Source of the DNA: Methanomassiliicoccales archaeon
Lineage (GTDB): Archaea > Thermoplasmatota > Thermoplasmata > Methanomassiliicoccales > JACIVX01
Direction of reading: 5' to 3'
Length of the DNA: 64,000 nt
NCBI GenBank assembly: GCA_038850735.1
Contig: JAWCLO010000008.1
Span: forward strand, 10,899-74,898
The position numbers and the translations under genes are program-made. The notes beneath the pieces were generated by a model that was given only the letters and a program-made list of their open reading frames with translations, ran no database searches and was not told where the DNA came from. Shown here one piece after another: positions 20,934 to 30,804 of this stretch. Each line of letters starts with the position of its first letter. The stretch's first letter is position 1.

Positions 20934-21719
20934 GTGACATTTATAACTTTTCTAGGTACTGGCGGGGGACGCTTTGCAACGATCTATCAGGCACGGAGTA
21001 CAGGAGGAATTTACATAGATGATGGTGCAAGATTCCATGTAGATCCAGGACCAGGCGCAATAGTCGCGATGAAAAGATTGTCTATTGATCCCGCAAAAAC
21101 AGATGCCATACTTGTTTCACACTGTCATTTAGATCACTACAGCGACGCAGAAATACTTATCGAGGGCATGACTTGCGGCGGATTTGGTCGCCGTGGATAC
21201 CTTCTTGCTAGCAAGAGCGTAATTGAGGGCGAGGGGCGATTCGGTCCCGCGATCTCAAGATATCATCTCTCAATGGTCAAGAACGTTAAGACCGTTAAAC
21301 CTCGAGATGAGATTCCCGTAGGAGATGTCACCGTGGAAGTCACACCAACAAAACATAGCGATCCAACTACTGTGGGGTTTCGCTTTCACACGTCGTCTGG
21401 GATTATTTCGTATGTTAGCGATACAGAAATTGACAAGAAGGTAATAGAATTCCATCGCGGCTGTCGGATCCTTGTACTTTGTGTTACGAGACCGCTTGGT
21501 TCTAGAATCACTTATCACTTAAATACAGAAGATGCTGCAGAATTTGTGAAATTGATACGGCCAGAAATCGCGATTCTCACTCATTTTGGTATGAAGGTGC
21601 TAGATGATGGGCCAGAAAAGCAAGCAGAATACATTGAAAGAGAGTCCGGAGTTTTAACACGCGCAATGAGTGATTATGCTTCGATCGATGTCCAAAGAGA
21701 GATAGAAGTTCGTTATTAA
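20934..21719 (+). CDS. Metallo-beta-lactamase fold hydrolase
   Basis: Motif SHCHLDHYSD. 261 aa. GTG start. Confidence 0.7.
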   Translation: MTFITFLGTGGGRFATIYQARSTGGIYIDDGARFHVDPGPGAIVAMKRLSIDPAKTDAILVSHCHLDHYSDAEILIEGMTCGGFGRRGYLLASKSVIEGEGRFGPAISRYHLSMVKNVKTVKPRDEIPVGDVTVEVTPTKHSDPTTVGFRFHTSSGIISYVSDTEIDKKVIEFHRGCRILVLCVTRPLGSRITYHLNTEDAAEFVKLIRPEIAILTHFGMKVLDDGPEKQAEYIERESGVLTRAMSDYASIDVQREIEVRY

Positions 21720-21887
21720 ATGCGCTATGAAAAACATCATTCTGTTTACTGAGTAATTACAGACTTTGGGTTTCGCCAAAATATCGGAATACCGAGCGAT
21801 TTTCGATAAAATATGCGGCTTATCGTATTCTTATTCGGGGAAGTAAATAGTTAATTATTTATAGCAGTGCATGCTATGGCAAAATTA

Positions 21888-21960
21888 GGCGCTTGGGGTC
21901 GGTGGCTCAACTTTCCTCCTAAGCTTTTTTGTTATCCCCACCACGCCGATCCTGGGCGCC
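21888..21960 (+). ncRNA. Candidate small structured RNA (unknown class)
   Basis: GC-rich 73-nt segment in an AT-rich spacer. 21888-21904 pairs with 21944-21960 (17 bp including G-U pairs) around a roughly 39-nt loop. TTATTTATA lies about 25-30 nt upstream and a T-run follows at 21975-21979. Confidence 0.3.
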
Positions 21961-22060
21961 AAACCCCCCTCATATTTTTCTCAGAATGATTTTATTGATA
22001 TAACTGTTTCATACTGTAAAACAAAAGCATTTTTCAATTCAAGTGATATAGAGTCGTTGT

Positions 22061-23386
22061 ATGGAACTCGAAAAGGAAATCGCTTGGAAAATTACCCCAG
22101 ATGAAAAACATAGACAAATGGTTGAGAAGGTCGTCTCTGATTTGATGAAAAGAATCAGAACAACGATTACGGATTATGAAATTCCTCTTGAGCCGCGATT
22201 AGTCGGATCTGTTGCAAAGGATACGTATCTACCATATCCCGATATCGATATATTCATCATGTTTCCACCCTTCATAGAGCGGAAAGACCTTGAGAAGATC
22301 GGACTCGACATAGGAAAAAAAGTCCTAAACGGTGAGCAAAGATATGCCGAACATCCGTACATACACGGACAAATAGGTGGTTTTGAGGTCGATCTTGTTC
22401 CATGTTATAAGGTTCTTGATCCTTGTAACATAAAAAGCGCGGTTGACAGAACGCCCTTTCACACGGAATTCATCAAGAAACATTTGAAGGAAGAACAAAA
22501 GGTGGAAGTCCGTCTCCTTAAGCAGTTCATGAAAGGTATAGGCGTGTATGGAGCCGAAGCCAAAATTCAAGGATTCTCTGGCTATCTCGTAGAACTTCTA
22601 ATTTTGAAGTATTCCACATTTATTTCCACCATCCACGCAGCATCAAGCTGGAAATTTGGAGAAACTCTGTGGTTAGAAAATCGAAGCGAATCTCAATTCA
22701 AAGATCCATTAATATTCTACGATCCAGTTGATCCCTTTAGAAATGTTGCCTCACCAGTTTCAGTAGATTCTTTTGCCAGATTTATTTACGCTTCAAGAGA
22801 ATACATTGCTAGAAAAAGTGAGCGCTTCTTCTTCCCCAGAAAAAGAAAGCAATGGAAGATAAAAGAAATAAGGAAATGTATCGAAAAAAGGGGGACTTCG
22901 ATTCTTGTTGTTGCTTTTAATCGTCCTGAGATTGTTGATGATGATTTATATCCGCAGATTAGAAAGACCGAAGAGGGCATCGCAAACCTTCTGAGGGAAC
23001 ACGATTTTGTAATAATTGACAAGAATTCCTGCGCAAATAAAAGGATCCTGATTGCATTTGAACTCGAGAGCATCAATCTTCCCTTTGCCAAAAGACACAG
23101 TGGCCCGCCAATGTGGATAGATCATTCTAAGCGATTTCTGGAAAGATGGAGGGGGGGCAGGGGTTTCAGCGAACCCTTCATTGATGGAGGTAGGCTTGTT
23201 GTCATTGCAAAACGCGAATACTGCCACGCACTTTCGCTGATCGAGGAGAAGATTAAGTGCACCTCATTGGGAAAGGACTTCAGAGAGTTGCCTTTCAGGA
23301 CATACTCTGGCAAGATGGTATTTAGGAGAGAATTCAAAGGAATATTGACGATGCTTCTAGACAAAAGAATGCCCTGGGAGATATGA
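22061..23386 (+). CDS. cca: CCA-adding enzyme (archaeal class I tRNA nucleotidyltransferase)
   Basis: GSVAKDTYLPYPDIDIF nucleotidyltransferase motif. 441 aa. Confidence 0.9.
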   Translation: MELEKEIAWKITPDEKHRQMVEKVVSDLMKRIRTTITDYEIPLEPRLVGSVAKDTYLPYPDIDIFIMFPPFIERKDLEKIGLDIGKKVLNGEQRYAEHPYIHGQIGGFEVDLVPCYKVLDPCNIKSAVDRTPFHTEFIKKHLKEEQKVEVRLLKQFMKGIGVYGAEAKIQGFSGYLVELLILKYSTFISTIHAASSWKFGETLWLENRSESQFKDPLIFYDPVDPFRNVASPVSVDSFARFIYASREYIARKSERFFFPRKRKQWKIKEIRKCIEKRGTSILVVAFNRPEIVDDDLYPQIRKTEEGIANLLREHDFVIIDKNSCANKRILIAFELESINLPFAKRHSGPPMWIDHSKRFLERWRGGRGFSEPFIDGGRLVVIAKREYCHALSLIEEKIKCTSLGKDFRELPFRTYSGKMVFRREFKGILTMLLDKRMPWEI

Positions 23387-23397
23387 AATCATATCGA

Positions 23398-24090
23398 TTA
23401 CCCAATTACATATATATTGTAGGAATTAGACACCAATTGATTATCGGATTCATCAATTGCAACGATGTGAAAAACAAAGGGACCCGATCCAGTAAACTTG
23501 GATAGATCCTTTTCAAGCTGATAAATGTTTCCTGAGGCTAGAGACATATTCTCTGCAGGTTGCCCAGAGAACTCCAATTTGACCGATTTTAAACCGCCGT
23601 TATCCACAATTGTGGCAGTTATATTTATCACGGCATTCCTGGGGATGCCTGAAAAAGAGAAATCGGTCGGTTGTTTTCTCACCCAATCGGGGCCGTCTTG
23701 ATACCAAATGGCGACCTCTGTCACATGCGGGCTCGTATGATCGCTGAAGGGTGGATTCATAAGGAGAATCCAGATGCCGAGGAAAAGAAAGAAAAAAAGC
23801 ACACCATTTCCTAAAAGAGTTTTCTTGTCAAGTTCTTCTGGCTTTATTTTTATTAAGATGGGCAAATACCTTAATAAAAATATTCCTGCGAATAGCACTA
23901 CGAGGCCGAGTAGTACATTAAATTCTCCAAGTAAAAATGCAATGATGCCACACAGAACAGCAAATAGAGTCGTCAATAGCAGCGTTTTCGTTGATCTAAT
24001 ATCATTTTCCAAGAACGCCTTCTCGTCAAATTCAGGAGGAATAAATTCATATTCCTCTTCAACGACCTCTTTTTTCTTCTTGCGAGCCAT
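23398..24090 (-). CDS. Membrane protein, hypothetical
   Basis: Start taken at MARKKKKEVVEEE. Charged N-terminus, three predicted TM helices and a C-terminal beta-rich ectodomain. Confidence 0.5.
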   Translation of the reverse strand: MARKKKKEVVEEEYEFIPPEFDEKAFLENDIRSTKTLLLTTLFAVLCGIIAFLLGEFNVLLGLVVLFAGIFLLRYLPILIKIKPEELDKKTLLGNGVLFFFLFLGIWILLMNPPFSDHTSPHVTEVAIWYQDGPDWVRKQPTDFSFSGIPRNAVINITATIVDNGGLKSVKLEFSGQPAENMSLASGNIYQLEKDLSKFTGSGPFVFHIVAIDESDNQLVSNSYNIYVIG

Positions 24091-24395
24091 CTTGCACCCC
24101 CTAACACGGGGAAGATTAAAAATCCTTCGTATAATGCAATCCTGAGAAATAAGATACAAGTTCATCCCTAAAGGGTAATAAAACGATTGAAGTGTGACAT
24201 TAACGATGATAGAATGCAAATGATGTATGCTGAATGCCGATTCATATTCATGACAGAATTATTCGTAAATTACTAGTAATAAAGCTTTTTTGATATAACT
24301 GGTCCTTAGTGCACCATTATGATATACCCACTTTCATTCATCTCCCGCAGTATATCTTATAAAGGTGGGTGAGATTAGTTTTAGTAGGTGCATCA

Positions 24396-25862
24396 ATGCC
24401 CGAGAAGAAATTAGAGGAGTTGCCGGGTGTTGGCCCTGCAACAGCTGAAAAACTCCGTGACGCAGGATATACAGATCTCATGAGCATAGCTGTGGAATCT
24501 CCGAAAACTCTCGCTGAAATAGCGGAAATCGGGGAGAGCACAGCAGCAAAGATCATTGCCGCAGCTAAGCAGGCCGCGGACATCGGAGGTTTTGAGACAG
24601 GTGATCAAATCCTTGAGAGAAGAAAAAACATCCACAAGCTGACTTCATGTTCAAAAGCCCTTGATGATCTTATGGGCGGAGGTTTTGAAACACAGTCAAT
24701 AGTCGAATTCTATGGGGAGTTTGGCAGTGGCAAATGCGTTTCCGCTGACACACCAGTTATTTATGAACTTGACGGTTCTCCTGAAATCGCATCAATCGAG
24801 GATCTGTTTGCTCGTCGTGAAGAAGAATCTGGCAAAATTAACAACGAGGGTGGCGGCGAAATTGTGAGCGCCGACGATTTCAGAGTTTTGGGTCTCGTCG
24901 ACGGAATGATAATTCCCGTTGAGGCTTCTTATTTATACAGGGAAAAAGCCAGCGAGCTAATCGAGATCAAAACCCTTCGCGGACGAGATATAGCCCTGAG
25001 CGCGATTCATAAACTTCCCGTGGAAATAAATGGAGAGGTAACCTGGATTTGTGCCGGAAAAATCTTGCCTGGACAGAAGATTCGAGTGATTGATTCGCCG
25101 TACAAAGATCTTTTGGAGAATTTTAATAAACCCCATAAAATCTCATCCGATACGGTCACATCCGTTAATAGAATTCCTTATGATGACTACATTTATGACT
25201 TCGTCGTTCCAAATGGCCATTCTTTTGTTGGCGGATCTATTCCAATGATTCTTCATAACACACAACTTTGTTTTCAGCTCGCGGTGAATGCAACGATGCC
25301 CGTCGACAGAGGAGGTCTTGAGGGAGAGGTCATCCTGATCGACACAGAGAATACTTTTAGGCCAGAAAGAATTGTCCAGATGGCAACAGCACTTGATCTT
25401 GATCCTATAGAGACTTTGCAGAAGATCCATGTGGCAAGGGCATATAATTCGCATCATCAGATGCTACTCGTAGACAAGGCTTCCGAACTTGCACGTGAGC
25501 GACCGATCAGACTTATGATCGTTGATTCATTAACGGCACATTTCAGAGCGGAGTATATCGGACGTGGTGCACTTGCTGAAAGGCAACAATCACTCAATAA
25601 ACATATGCATGACCTCATGAGATTCGCCGACGTAAACAACGCAGTTATCGCGGTGACAAATCAGGTGGCAGCAAAACCAGATGCATTTTTTGGCGATCCG
25701 ACAAGGCCCATTGGCGGTCACATTGTCGGGCATACTGCTACATTTAGAATCTACCTCAGGAAGAGCAAGGGTGGGAAAAGAATCGCGAGGTTGATCGATT
25801 CTCCGAATCTGCCGGAGGCAGAGGTGGTGATCTCAATCTCAGGAGAAGGCGTTCGTGACTGA
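24396..25862 (+). CDS. radA: DNA repair/recombination protein RadA, interrupted by an in-frame intein
   Basis: HhH N-domain ([15 protein letters not shown]). Walker A is split as GEFGSGK|C...HN|TQL. Walker B LMIVDS. Without the insert the protein is a normal RadA length. Confidence 0.95.
   Translation: MPEKKLEELPGVGPATAEKLRDAGYTDLMSIAVESPKTLAEIAEIGESTAAKIIAAAKQAADIGGFETGDQILERRKNIHKLTSCSKALDDLMGGGFETQSIVEFYGEFGSGKCVSADTPVIYELDGSPEIASIEDLFARREEESGKINNEGGGEIVSADDFRVLGLVDGMIIPVEASYLYREKASELIEIKTLRGRDIALSAIHKLPVEINGEVTWICAGKILPGQKIRVIDSPYKDLLENFNKPHKISSDTVTSVNRIPYDDYIYDFVVPNGHSFVGGSIPMILHNTQLCFQLAVNATMPVDRGGLEGEVILIDTENTFRPERIVQMATALDLDPIETLQKIHVARAYNSHHQMLLVDKASELARERPIRLMIVDSLTAHFRAEYIGRGALAERQQSLNKHMHDLMRFADVNNAVIAVTNQVAAKPDAFFGDPTRPIGGHIVGHTATFRIYLRKSKGGKRIARLIDSPNLPEAEVVISISGEGVRD
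24735..25259 (+). mobile_element. Mini-intein (175 aa) inserted in the RadA P-loop
   Basis: Starts with Cys (CVSADTPV) straight after GSGK. Ends in HN followed by Thr (+1) of the TQL extein. Internal SAIH block-B-like motif. Confidence 0.85.
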
Positions 25863-26862
25863 GTTGCCATTCTTTTTTGAATTATCAGGTGAACATCCAA
25901 CGCTTCCAGAATCAGAGGCAATAGCTTGTGTGCGAGCCGAATGCGATCGATACACAATCGGAGCGCGTGGACCTGGCTACTTGATTTGTAATTTTCCAAG
26001 AGGAAGAGCTGATCGTATTGCGAATCGCATTGCTCTTTCACATCGCATCGGTAGATACCTCGGCTCCTGCCTCCCAGATAATTTCCAAGAATTCATAAAT
26101 AGTATAGAGTTGCCATCAGGAACAATAAGCATCCGCGCAAGAAAATTTCAGAATTGCACGCCCGAAGTAGATACGAATCAGCTTGTAAGAAAGGCTGCAG
26201 CTGTGTTGACAAAAGATAGAAAAGTCGATCTCGTGGCGCCCGACGTCGAAGTCCGCATCTTGATTTCTGATTATCTGCATTTCTTCATTTCAGACTATGT
26301 GATTGATAGAAAGCAATACGATATGCGCAAGGTCGCTTTCAGGCCTTTTTTTTCGCCAATTTCTTTGCACCCCAGATACGCAAGGGCGATGATCAATCTC
26401 GCAGAGTTGCATGAAGGGGAATCCATTCTTGATCCCTTCTGTGGCACTGGCGGGGTTTTGATCGAGGCAGGGCTCATCGGTGCAAAAATTTTCGGATCGG
26501 ACATTTCCCCAGAAATGATAGAAGGATGCAAAGAAAACCTCCAATACTTTGGAATTAACTGGGAAAGATTAGAAGCAATCGACGTCGGTAGATTACATCA
26601 ATATTTTGACAAAATAGATGCAGTCGTAACGGATCCTCCGTATGGTCGGTCAGCTTCAACGAGAAAGGAAGATCTAAAAACACTTTACAATAGGACCCTG
26701 GATTCGATCTGTGAAGTTCTGAACACAGGAGGGAGACTATGTATTATTTACCCTTCGCCTCACAATTGCACCTCTGAGAGGTTGAAACTGCTGGAAGTCC
26801 ATAAGCAGAAGGTCCATAGATCGCTTTCGAGAAACTACTGTGTATTCATCAAGACACATTGA
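25855..26862 (+). CDS. THUMP-domain tRNA (guanine-N2) methyltransferase (archaeal Trm11/Trm-G10-like)
   Basis: N-terminus [20 protein letters not shown] motif DPFCGTGG. Catalytic DPPYG. 335 aa. Confidence 0.75.
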   Translation: MTELPFFFELSGEHPTLPESEAIACVRAECDRYTIGARGPGYLICNFPRGRADRIANRIALSHRIGRYLGSCLPDNFQEFINSIELPSGTISIRARKFQNCTPEVDTNQLVRKAAAVLTKDRKVDLVAPDVEVRILISDYLHFFISDYVIDRKQYDMRKVAFRPFFSPISLHPRYARAMINLAELHEGESILDPFCGTGGVLIEAGLIGAKIFGSDISPEMIEGCKENLQYFGINWERLEAIDVGRLHQYFDKIDAVVTDPPYGRSASTRKEDLKTLYNRTLDSICEVLNTGGRLCIIYPSPHNCTSERLKLLEVHKQKVHRSLSRNYCVFIKTH

Positions 26863-28312
26863 TTTCGAAACTCAATCTTTGTGATTTGCTCTGAGACGAA
26901 GTGTCAAGAACTATCGTTCTCTTGCCTGGAGTTGCGCCTTCCCAAACGTAGATTTCCATCGTCACATTAGCAGACATCCCATAGGGGACTCTAAATTCCA
27001 GCATATTTGTTGCATTAGCCTTGGATTGATTGCTCAGGTAGATTATTGCGCTCCAATTCATGGGAATCTGAGTCACGGAGAATTTGAGATCCAAATATGT
27101 ATTACCAGTGTTGTTCACAAACATGGTGAATCCGACAACCTCTCCTTGCGTGACATTGACGACCGGTGATTCTGGATCAACAAGAATGATCTCGTACGAA
27201 TGATCTGGTGGGATTTCTACAACTGGAATCGGAACAAACGTGAGTAGAAGAATCGCAATGGCTGCAATGCCGATAAATCTGCGTTTATTATCAACCTTCG
27301 ATATGTCATTTAGCGGTGCTGGATGCCTCAATCCCAGCATGAATATCAAAACCGCAAAAATAAACCAACCTACATAGAAAAATGACATGATGAATAGAAC
27401 TGCAAGTGTTACATAACTCAAATATCTGGAATTCTCACCCAGGAGACCTCTCGCAATGTGACCACCGTCTAATTGTCCTGCAGGGAGCAAATTGATTGCA
27501 GTCACAAGCAGTCCTACCCACGCTGCAAAAGCAGTAGGATGAAGTGCTACATTGTCAGGTATTGGGACAAAAAGCATGAAGAACTGGTATAGCGGCTGAA
27601 GAACTATTGCCATACCCCCGGCCGTTCCTATTTCGCCTGTTTGAATCTCGCCCTGGGCTGTGAGATAAAGACCTATAATGACAAGGGGAATCGCGACAAC
27701 TAGTCCGCCAAGAGGTCCAGCAACTCCAATGTCAATGAGAGCTTTTCTGTTCGGCACGGGATCTCTCATCGATATGAACGCTCCAAAAGTTCCAAGAGGC
27801 GGAATAGATGGGATAAAAAAAGGAAGTGATGCTTCAACACCATGCTTCTTTGAGGCGATATAGTGGCAGAGTTCATGCATGCCCAACATTGTCATCAGTG
27901 GTACAGCAAAGAAGATGGCACCCCAGAGGAAATTATCAGCTAAAAATAGGGTTTCCGCATTCTTGTAACCTGCCCATAAATAGGCACCTGCGAACGTAGT
28001 AGTTAGAAAGGTGATAATCAACAAAATCAAATTCAGCCACGGACCGCGAGACTTAACCTCTGGCTTTCTTGCTATAGCGATGAGATACTCACCAGCTTGG
28101 AGACGAAGAAAAGGAATATAGCCTTTAGAGCCCAGTTCTCGGCGCATTGCCTCAAAATTCTCTTCAAGTGTTGACGGATCTGGCGATATAAAAATCGAAA
28201 GAGAGTCGTGAGTTACGCGAACATCATAGATTGGAAAATACCGTCCAATAATCGATCTGATCGATTCGATTTCGCCAGCCACATCGACATGAGCCATCAG
28301 GCACGCTATCAT
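26849..28312 (-). CDS. Site-2 protease family (M50) membrane metalloprotease with a C-terminal ectodomain
   Basis: HELCHY (HExxH) and NLLPAGQLDGGH motifs. Multiple TM helices. Sequon-rich C-terminal domain. Confidence 0.85.
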   Translation of the reverse strand: MIACLMAHVDVAGEIESIRSIIGRYFPIYDVRVTHDSLSIFISPDPSTLEENFEAMRRELGSKGYIPFLRLQAGEYLIAIARKPEVKSRGPWLNLILLIITFLTTTFAGAYLWAGYKNAETLFLADNFLWGAIFFAVPLMTMLGMHELCHYIASKKHGVEASLPFFIPSIPPLGTFGAFISMRDPVPNRKALIDIGVAGPLGGLVVAIPLVIIGLYLTAQGEIQTGEIGTAGGMAIVLQPLYQFFMLFVPIPDNVALHPTAFAAWVGLLVTAINLLPAGQLDGGHIARGLLGENSRYLSYVTLAVLFIMSFFYVGWFIFAVLIFMLGLRHPAPLNDISKVDNKRRFIGIAAIAILLLTFVPIPVVEIPPDHSYEIILVDPESPVVNVTQGEVVGFTMFVNNTGNTYLDLKFSVTQIPMNWSAIIYLSNQSKANATNMLEFRVPYGMSANVTMEIYVWEGATPGKRTIVLDTSSQSKSQRLSFEINVS

Positions 28313-28403
28313 GCTCTTATTATTAACTTTTTGCCCAATGTTTTTTTGGCATTCGATTGCGATAGAAAAAAAAGTAATTACAGGGGAATGAAATTCACAT
28401 AAA

Positions 28404-29219
28404 GTGAGGCATTTCGTTCAACTAGTAAGATTGGGCAATTGTTTGATGGGAGTACTAGGCGTAGTACTCGCCGCGCTCGTAGGTGTAGGCATCTCCATTA
28501 CCGAATATGCGCTGGAAATACTCATCGCTTCGATAATTGTATTTACGTTTATTGCTGCGGGTAATTCCCTCAATGACTTCATGGATCGTGAAATAGACAG
28601 AAAAGCGCATCCTGAAAGACCAATACCATCAGGAAAAATTAGGCCAGTAACGGCGCTTTGGGTTTCTATTATTTGCTTCCTGATTTCAATAGTCTTTGCC
28701 GTATTCCTCGATGTGATTTCGATACTCATTGTCCTGATTGCCATCATTCTAATGATACTATATGAGATTAAATTGAAGAAATTGGGATTGGGCGGGAACT
28801 TTTTGATCGCACTTTTGACCTGCTTTCTATTTCTGCTCGGCGGTTCCGTTGTCAGACATATTGAACAAACCGCGGCACTTGCATCAATGGCGTTCCTTGC
28901 AACGCTAGGGCGTGAGATAATCAAAGATATTGAGGACATGGAAGCAGATTTCGACAGACTAACGCTACCAAAAACTATGGGAATTAGAAAAGCCGGCAGC
29001 GTCGCCGCGCTATCAATATTTGCAGCCGTTGCTTTGAGCTTTCAGCCATTTATTTCTGGGATCTTTAGTTTTGAGTACTTGTACATTGTTCTTATTGCTG
29101 ATGCAATCTTTATATACTGCTCATATGTTCAATTTCAAAATCCAAGAAGAGGACAAAAACTGATGAAACTAGGTATGTTACTAGCGCTTCTTGCATTTCT
29201 CGTAGGTGGACTCCTATGA
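28404..29219 (+). CDS. UbiA-family prenyltransferase, probable digeranylgeranylglyceryl phosphate (DGGGP) synthase
   Basis: NSLNDFMDREIDR Asp-rich motif. About 8 TM helices. Coupled to the GGGP synthase gene by a 4-nt overlap. Confidence 0.8.
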   Translation: MRHFVQLVRLGNCLMGVLGVVLAALVGVGISITEYALEILIASIIVFTFIAAGNSLNDFMDREIDRKAHPERPIPSGKIRPVTALWVSIICFLISIVFAVFLDVISILIVLIAIILMILYEIKLKKLGLGGNFLIALLTCFLFLLGGSVVRHIEQTAALASMAFLATLGREIIKDIEDMEADFDRLTLPKTMGIRKAGSVAALSIFAAVALSFQPFISGIFSFEYLYIVLIADAIFIYCSYVQFQNPRRGQKLMKLGMLLALLAFLVGGLL

Positions 29220-29950
29220 AGGTCAGAGAGTATCTTATGTCTCGAATGAAAAATGCAACCGTGCATATGACTTTGATCGATCCTGCTAAGCAGGATCCAG
29301 GAGTAAGTGCAAATATCGCTTTCAAGGCTGAACAACTTGGTACAGATGCAATTATGGTCGGCGGTTCCACAGACGTTACTCAGAAAAATCTCGACGAGAC
29401 TGTTCTTGAGATTAAGAAAATGTGTAAAATTCCGGTGATCTATTTCCCCTCCGGAGCACATGCCATTTCGAGATATTGCGATGCAATATACTTCATGAGC
29501 ATGTTGAACAGCAGGAATCTCAGAAATGTCATCGGCGAGCAGGTGAGGGGAGCTCCGATCATTGAGAAATTGGGACTTGAGACAATCGCAATGGGCTATG
29601 TCATTGTTGAACCAGGAATGAAGGTCGGAGAGGTAGGTCAGGCTGAGTTGGTTCGAAGGGACGACGTGGAACTGGCGATCGCGTATGCTCTTGCTGCCCA
29701 ATACATGGGTATGGAGCTTTTCTACCTTGAAGCAGGAAGCGGTGCACCAGAACCCGTGCCTGTATCAATGATCAGAGAGGTCAAGAAACATATTTCGATA
29801 CCTCTTATTGTTGGAGGCGGAATTAGGACACCCGAAGATGCTTTCGCTGCAAAAAACGCCGGTGCTAATGCAATTGTCACAGGGACTGTCGTGGAAAATG
29901 GAGATTTCGAGACTCGACTCGGAAAAATAATCGAAGCAATTAAGAAATGA
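29216..29950 (+). CDS. Geranylgeranylglyceryl phosphate (GGGP) synthase (PcrB family)
   Basis: Motifs LIDP, YLEAGSGA and GGGIRT. 244 aa. Confidence 0.85.
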   Translation: MKVREYLMSRMKNATVHMTLIDPAKQDPGVSANIAFKAEQLGTDAIMVGGSTDVTQKNLDETVLEIKKMCKIPVIYFPSGAHAISRYCDAIYFMSMLNSRNLRNVIGEQVRGAPIIEKLGLETIAMGYVIVEPGMKVGEVGQAELVRRDDVELAIAYALAAQYMGMELFYLEAGSGAPEPVPVSMIREVKKHISIPLIVGGGIRTPEDAFAAKNAGANAIVTGTVVENGDFETRLGKIIEAIKK

Positions 29951-30144
29951 AAAATAAGGAAGATGGAGTGAATAGCATTCTTCCAGTCATTTTATTGAAT
30001 ACTTTGCCAACAAAATCACACTAACGCGGTTAAATATCATTAGGAGATCTATTGATAATTGATCACATGCAAGAGCCCGATGCCTTGGGATTTGCTCGTG
30101 GAAATGAGTGAGTAGTCAATTCGCCTAAAGATGCGTGAGGCTCA

Positions 30145-30735
30145 TCAAATCATCTTTATGAGCATTTCATGTATTCTTGTGTCTCCCGATAACTCGGGAT
30201 GAAATGTTAATCCAAGCAAATTATCTTGTCTTGCCATTATGATTATCCGCTGAAACTCAGAAAGGATTTCGCAGTTTCCCCACACTCTTTTTATCGCAGG
30301 AGCCCTGATAAATACCGCTGGAAATGGACTGTTGAATCCTTTAATAGCTATGCTTGCTTCAAATGATTCGCGTTGCCTTCCGAAAGCGTTCCTATCAACC
30401 TCCATCTGCATAAGTCCTAGCAGAGATGTATCAGTTCTTGCAACTTCATCGTCGCCAATTTGAGCCAATAAAATACACCCAGCACATGTACCCATAATCG
30501 GCATGCCGCTCTGGCCCAATTCAACAATCCTGTCGAAAAGGTTGAGTCGCTTCAACAGTCTCGAGATCGTCGTGCTTTCTCCGCCTGGGATAATGAGACA
30601 ATCTATATCATCAAGATCCTTTCGATTCCTAACCCTGACGGCATTACCCTTGATTCCTAAACGTTGGAATGCCACATTTGTCATTTCCACGTGCTCTTGT
30701 ACCGCACCTTGCACCGCGATTATTCCCACTTTCAT
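30145..30735 (-). CDS. pdxT: PLP synthase glutaminase subunit PdxT
   Basis: Motifs GGESTT, GTCAGCILL and FHPE. 196 aa. Confidence 0.9.
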   Translation of the reverse strand: MKVGIIAVQGAVQEHVEMTNVAFQRLGIKGNAVRVRNRKDLDDIDCLIIPGGESTTISRLLKRLNLFDRIVELGQSGMPIMGTCAGCILLAQIGDDEVARTDTSLLGLMQMEVDRNAFGRQRESFEASIAIKGFNSPFPAVFIRAPAIKRVWGNCEILSEFQRIIIMARQDNLLGLTFHPELSGDTRIHEMLIKMI

Positions 30736-30804
30736 AATTCCTGCGTGACAATAGCAACCTTACTATCAATCTTGCTATGAAACCGTCGAAAGACTTCGCT
30801 CCCG

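Noticed and set aside
28418-29701. Antisense ORFs of 173 aa and 188 aa across the DGGGPS/GGGPS genes.
   Set aside because: The sense-strand genes have clear family motifs and operon coupling. The antisense products are low complexity or unrecognisable.
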